Assembly (NCBI GenBank): GCA_937934465.1 | Contig: CALGZO010000289.1 | Location: forward strand, 1 to 37,997 | Source: an uncultured Fimbriimonadales bacterium | GTDB lineage: Bacteria > Armatimonadota > Fimbriimonadia > Fimbriimonadales > GBS-DC | Length of the DNA: 37,997 nucleotides | Direction of reading: 5' to 3' | Part shown: one piece after another, positions 34,451-37,997 of the stretch | Position numbering within the stretch: position 1 is the stretch's first letter | How the letters are laid out: every line of letters begins with the position of its first letter | Translations under genes and position numbers: made by a program | The notes under the pieces: generated by a model | What the model was told of the DNA's origin: nothing | Seen by the model: the letters and a program-made list of their open reading frames with translations, nothing else | Databases searched by the model: none

Positions 34451-35377
34451 TCACCGCGCGCGCCACTCGTAAGGCACATAGACAATCTGCAAGTCGCCGC
34501 CGCGCCCTTGACTGAGGTTGCGCAACAGGTTCGCAGCACGCACGCCTATCTCCTCAGGTCGCTCCAAGATGAGTAGGTCGATCTGTCGCGATAGATACCA
34601 GTCCTTTGCTGTTTCGCGCCAACTGAGGACGCCTAAGTTCGTTCGGGGCGCGACGCTGATTCCCTGCTGAGCGACTTCCGCGCCCATTAAAAAGATACCC
34701 TGCAGGCGCGGCTCAGAAGCAAGGGCTTGAATCACAGAAGGCGTGTTTTCGCTGTCGGTTAGAGGCGTGAACCTTGCTTTCACGCGCGGGTTGAACAGTA
34801 GCCCATGTCGGAACCCTTCCCAGAACTCGGCGACGGCGCGCGGCACAGGATGCCCTGCCACCACTGCCACTTCGCCTGCAGGTACGCGCCGTGCATACCA
34901 TGCGCCTGCGCGTCGCCCAGCGTCATAGTAGTAAGTGCCCACATAGGCTAAGCGCGTCGTGTTGGGCAGGTCTGCGCCCACCAGCACGACGGGCACGCCC
35001 TGTTGAATGGTCTGCTCCACCGCTTGTTGGCTCCACTCGTCGTTGGGGGCGCACAGGGCAACGGCGCGCCAATCGCCTTCGCGCAGCCGTTCGGCAATCG
35101 CCTCACGCTCTGCCGACCTAAATAGAGTTTTTTCTAACTGCACGCCGGGCAGCTGCAATCGGCTCTCCAGCCCTTGCAATACCGCTTCCCAGAAGTCGTT
35201 GGGGGTACCTTGAATGAACACAGCGATTGGAAACTGGAACGGCTCTGTCGGCGGGGTTTCGGATGTACGGCAAGCGGTCAGGAGCAGGAGGCAGATAACG
35301 CTCACGAACGGTCGTCGTCTGTGAACGCCTGCGCGTGGTATGCGCCGCGCGACGCCTCGCAGAGCGTGAAATCTCAT
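34451..35377 (-). CDS. Lipoprotein with a periplasmic-binding-protein (sugar-binding/LacI-type) fold; no cognate ABC transporter genes adjacent
   Basis: SD GGAGGG, lipobox LLLTAC, and an alternating beta-alpha pattern with VVLVGADLPNT...YVGTYYYDAGRRAG typical of Peripla_BP domains. The family assignment is by eye. Confidence 0.65.
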   Translation of the reverse strand: MRFHALRGVARRIPRAGVHRRRPFVSVICLLLLTACRTSETPPTEPFQFPIAVFIQGTPNDFWEAVLQGLESRLQLPGVQLEKTLFRSAEREAIAERLREGDWRAVALCAPNDEWSQQAVEQTIQQGVPVVLVGADLPNTTRLAYVGTYYYDAGRRAGAWYARRVPAGEVAVVAGHPVPRAVAEFWEGFRHGLLFNPRVKARFTPLTDSENTPSVIQALASEPRLQGIFLMGAEVAQQGISVAPRTNLGVLSWRETAKDWYLSRQIDLLILERPEEIGVRAANLLRNLSQGRGGDLQIVYVPYEWRAR

Positions 35378-35395
35378 TGCCCCAGCCCTCCGATG

Positions 35396-35860
35396 CTAAT
35401 CCTCCAGCAGCTGTTTCAGCTCGGGGTAGAACTGGTTGTATTGTTCAATATTCTGGGTAGGGTTGCCCAGCAGCCAATCGCGCAGGTAGCCTGCCAGCAG
35501 CGCGCCGCCCGTGAGGGTGAGAATGCCGTACTCGCGGTAGGCTTCGGCGCGCACGGGGTCGTTCACTTTCGCGGCGACGCGCTGCACGCCGAACAGCTCG
35601 CGCGCCATCTGCACCACCATCAGGTTGGTGTTGTCGCCGTTGGTGCAGGCGATGAAGGCGTCGGCGCGCTCCACCTCCGCGCGGCGCAAGGTGTCCTCGT
35701 CCAATCCATCCCCTACAACGATGGCGCAGCCGTGCCGTTTGCCCAAGCGCAACAGCGCGTCTTGGGATTTCTCAATCACTGTTACCTGATGCCCCGCGTG
35801 GCTCATCAGCAGCGCGAGAATCGAACCCGTGCGTCCGCAGCCCATAATCACGATGCGCAT
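35396..35860 (-). CDS. TrkA-N (RCK N-terminal, NAD-binding) domain protein
   Basis: MRIVIMGCGRTGSILALLM (GxGxxG Rossmann), VIEKSQD and ACTNGDNTNLMVVQMA. SD GAGGAGGGG lies before ATG 35860. Confidence 0.8.
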   Translation of the reverse strand: MRIVIMGCGRTGSILALLMSHAGHQVTVIEKSQDALLRLGKRHGCAIVVGDGLDEDTLRRAEVERADAFIACTNGDNTNLMVVQMARELFGVQRVAAKVNDPVRAEAYREYGILTLTGGALLAGYLRDWLLGNPTQNIEQYNQFYPELKQLLED

Positions 35861-36354
35861 GCTTGCCCCTCCTCTTGCGACGCGCCGTAGAGCCAAACTT
35901 GGCAGCGCGCCTTCCGCAGCACGACTTCCACCGTGTCGTTGAGCGCGAGGCGTGCGCTGCCGTTCTCGCGATAGCGCGCGGCGATGAATAGCAGCTCGGT
36001 CTGGAACTCTTCAGCTGCGCTTACAATCGCGTAGCCGCAGTGATGAGTGGGACGGATAATCGTTTGGAGGTGGGGTAGACCTATCTCTTCGGCGATTTCA
36101 CGGGCAGCAGCGGCGACCAGTTCTCCCTCTTGCAGGCGGGCGGCAGGGCAGTTGTCCAGCCCGATGGAGCGCGGCGTCTCCACCAGACACAGCACGGTCA
36201 GATGCGCTTCGAACACCTGCGCCAGTTCACACGCGAAGCGCAGCGCGTCGCGGTCGTCAGGCGTGTTATGGAACGGGATTAGCAACCGTTTGGGCGGCGC
36301 AGCCGCCATGTTGTCTTGCCGATGTTTTCTCCAACTGAACAGTTTCAGCCCCAT
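35848..36354 (-). CDS. Universal stress protein (UspA) family protein
   Basis: KRLLIPFHNTPDDRDALRFACELA...LTVLCLVE...GYAIVSAAEEFQTELLFIAAR...ALNDTVEVVLRKARCQVWL. SD AAGGAG lies before ATG 36354. The gene overlaps the trkA-N start by 13 nt. Confidence 0.7.
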   Translation of the reverse strand: MGLKLFSWRKHRQDNMAAAPPKRLLIPFHNTPDDRDALRFACELAQVFEAHLTVLCLVETPRSIGLDNCPAARLQEGELVAAAAREIAEEIGLPHLQTIIRPTHHCGYAIVSAAEEFQTELLFIAARYRENGSARLALNDTVEVVLRKARCQVWLYGASQEEGQACAS

Positions 36355-36368
36355 CGCTTGCACTCCTT

Positions 36369-36557
36369 CTAACGCATGCGTCGCTCCACAAACTGGCGGA
36401 ACAGCCACACGCGCACAAACGCCCATAGAATGAGCAATCCGCCCAGCAGCAGCGCTTCGGCGCGCTGGAACAAAAAATACTCATAGTAGATAATCCCGAC
36501 GCCCAGTGCAATCATCACCAAGCTCACGCCGTACCGAAGAAACCTGCGTGTACCCAT
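36369..36557 (-). CDS. Small two-TM membrane protein (hypothetical)
   Basis: The 62-aa ORF has two hydrophobic helices (VSLVMIALGVGIIYY, LLLGGLLILWAFV). It fits snugly between gatB and usp. No clear SD. Confidence 0.4.
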   Translation of the reverse strand: MGTRRFLRYGVSLVMIALGVGIIYYEYFLFQRAEALLLGGLLILWAFVRVWLFRQFVERRMR

Positions 36558-36565
36558 AGTTCGTT

Positions 36566-37997
36566 TTACCCCAGTTCCTCACGCAGGAGTTCCTGAGCGC
36601 GTTGCGGGTTCGCGCGTCCCTGTGTTTCGCGCATCAGCTGCCCGACCAGGAAGCCCAGCACGCTCGTTTTGCCCGCGCGATACTTCTCCACGACATCAGG
36701 GTTGGCGGCGATGACCTTGCGTGCGGCGGCGCGTAGGGCGTCTTCATCCGAAATCTGCACCAAGCCGCGCTGCTGCACTATCTGAGAGGGCATCTCGCCT
36801 GATTGGAATACCTCATCGAAGAGCTCTTTCGCGATACGCCCCGAAATCACATTTTTCTGCAGGAGGTCGATCAGGTCGGCTAAGTGTGCGGGCGTGAGTT
36901 TGGACTCGCGGATAGGCAAGTTAGTCTCATTCAAGCGCGCCTGCAGCTCGACGGTAATCCAGTTGCTGGCGGTTTTCGGCTCGACGCCCATCTGCACACA
37001 CTGCTCAAAGTAGGTCGCAGTGTCGATGTCGGCGGTCAGGATGCGCGTCTCGGTCGCGCCCAAGCCGTACTCGCGGCGGTAGCGGTCGGCTTTTTGTAGA
37101 GGCAGCTCGGGAATTGTGGCGCGCAGCTGCTCCAGCCACTCGTCGGTAATCCGAATCGGCGCGATATCGGGTTCGGGGAAGTAGCGGTAGTCCTGCTCGA
37201 ACTCTTTGGTGCGCATGGGGAAGCTGTATGCGCCTTCCTCGCTCCAGCCGCGCGTTTCTTGAACGACTTGCCCGCCCTCTTGGAGGATTCTGATTTGCCG
37301 TTCCACCTCGAACTCGATGCCGCGCACAACGGAGCGGAATGAGTTGAGGTTCTTGAGTTCGGTTTTGACGCCGAGTTTCTCGCTGCCTTCAGGGGCGACG
37401 CTGATGTTGGGTTCACAGCGCAGCGAGCCTTCTTCCATCTTGCCGTCGCACACGCCCAGATAGGTCAGCACGGCGCGCAGCTGCACGAGGTACTCTTTGG
37501 CGGCTTCGGCGGAGTGGATGTCGGGTGGGAAGTCGGTGACGATTTCCATCAGCGGCGCGCCCGCGCGGTTGAAGTCCACCTCGCTCTCGCCCGGCAAATA
37601 GTGGAACAGTTTGCCAGTATCTTCCTCCAAATGCACACGGCGGATGCGCACGGGGAACCGCTCGCCTTCCACCTCAATCTCCAAATATCCCGATGTGCCG
37701 ATGGGATGTACCTCGCCGTACTGGGAAATCTGGTAGCCTTTGGGCAGGTCGGGGTAGAAGTAGTTCTTGCGGTAGAACATCGTGAGCGGAGCGATTTGGC
37801 AGTTCAGCGCGAGCGCAGTGCGTATCACATGCTCAATCGCTTTCCTGTTGGGCACAGGCAGCACGCCCGGCATGCCCAAACAGATGGGGCATACATTCGA
37901 GTTGGGTAAATCGCCGAAGCGTGTGGGGCATGCGCAGAACATCTTGCTCTCCGTCAGCAGCTGCGCATGCACTTCCATGCCGATGCTCGGTATGTAC
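36566..37997 (-). CDS. gatB: Asp-tRNA(Asn)/Glu-tRNA(Gln) amidotransferase subunit B, 5'-truncated by the window edge
   Basis: [49 protein letters not shown] and the C-terminal YqeY-like tail [17 protein letters not shown]. The frame stays open to 37997 (..YIPSIG upstream of the listed Met). Confidence 0.95.
   Translation of the reverse strand, partial: YIPSIGMEVHAQLLTESKMFCACPTRFGDLPNSNVCPICLGMPGVLPVPNRKAIEHVIRTALALNCQIAPLTMFYRKNYFYPDLPKGYQISQYGEVHPIGTSGYLEIEVEGERFPVRIRRVHLEEDTGKLFHYLPGESEVDFNRAGAPLMEIVTDFPPDIHSAEAAKEYLVQLRAVLTYLGVCDGKMEEGSLRCEPNISVAPEGSEKLGVKTELKNLNSFRSVVRGIEFEVERQIRILQEGGQVVQETRGWSEEGAYSFPMRTKEFEQDYRYFPEPDIAPIRITDEWLEQLRATIPELPLQKADRYRREYGLGATETRILTADIDTATYFEQCVQMGVEPKTASNWITVELQARLNETNLPIRESKLTPAHLADLIDLLQKNVISGRIAKELFDEVFQSGEMPSQIVQQRGLVQISDEDALRAAARKVIAANPDVVEKYRAGKTSVLGFLVGQLMRETQGRANPQRAQELLREELG

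Overview
High-GC, densely coding bacterial chromosomal window with about 38 credible CDS. I recognised no rRNA, tRNA, CRISPR array or bounded IS element. Many long antisense shadow ORFs are typical of high GC and were ignored. Gene order: a glycan-utilisation-like block (GH20 hexosaminidase, CheY-type receiver, BtuB-like TonB-dependent receptor, secreted clan GH-A hydrolase); a pabB-pabC fusion; an orphan NurA-like nuclease; a tightly coupled pdxS-pdxT-AhpD/CMD-NIL-esterase operon; a minus-strand run of bgl(GH1)-gnd-membrane protein-amidohydrolase; argF; a CocE/NonD peptidase; a short flagellar operon fliM-fliN/Y-fliO-fliP; a divergent pair of membrane FHA-domain proteins followed by a large secreted PHP/CehA-type metallohydrolase; a PEP-CTERM protein; hisC; an ankyrin protein; an Rpn/DUF4351-type PD-(D/E)XK nuclease; a CBS-GGDEF cyclase; an orphan PBP lipoprotein; TrkA-N; USP; and gatB (cut by the window edge). 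The signals existing annotation explains least are these. (1) Five copies of a TGAATC-NN-GATTCA palindrome at an exact 21-bp period (4471-4567), upstream of an unknown protein. (2) Six strong hairpins built from two duplicated 25-nt modules between argF and bgl (17446-17641). (3) The kinase-less membrane FHA/FHA/PHP cluster, divergent from a flagellar switch operon that has a near-consensus sigma-28 promoter and stops at fliP with no fliQ/fliR. All functional calls rest on motif recognition by eye; no database search was run.
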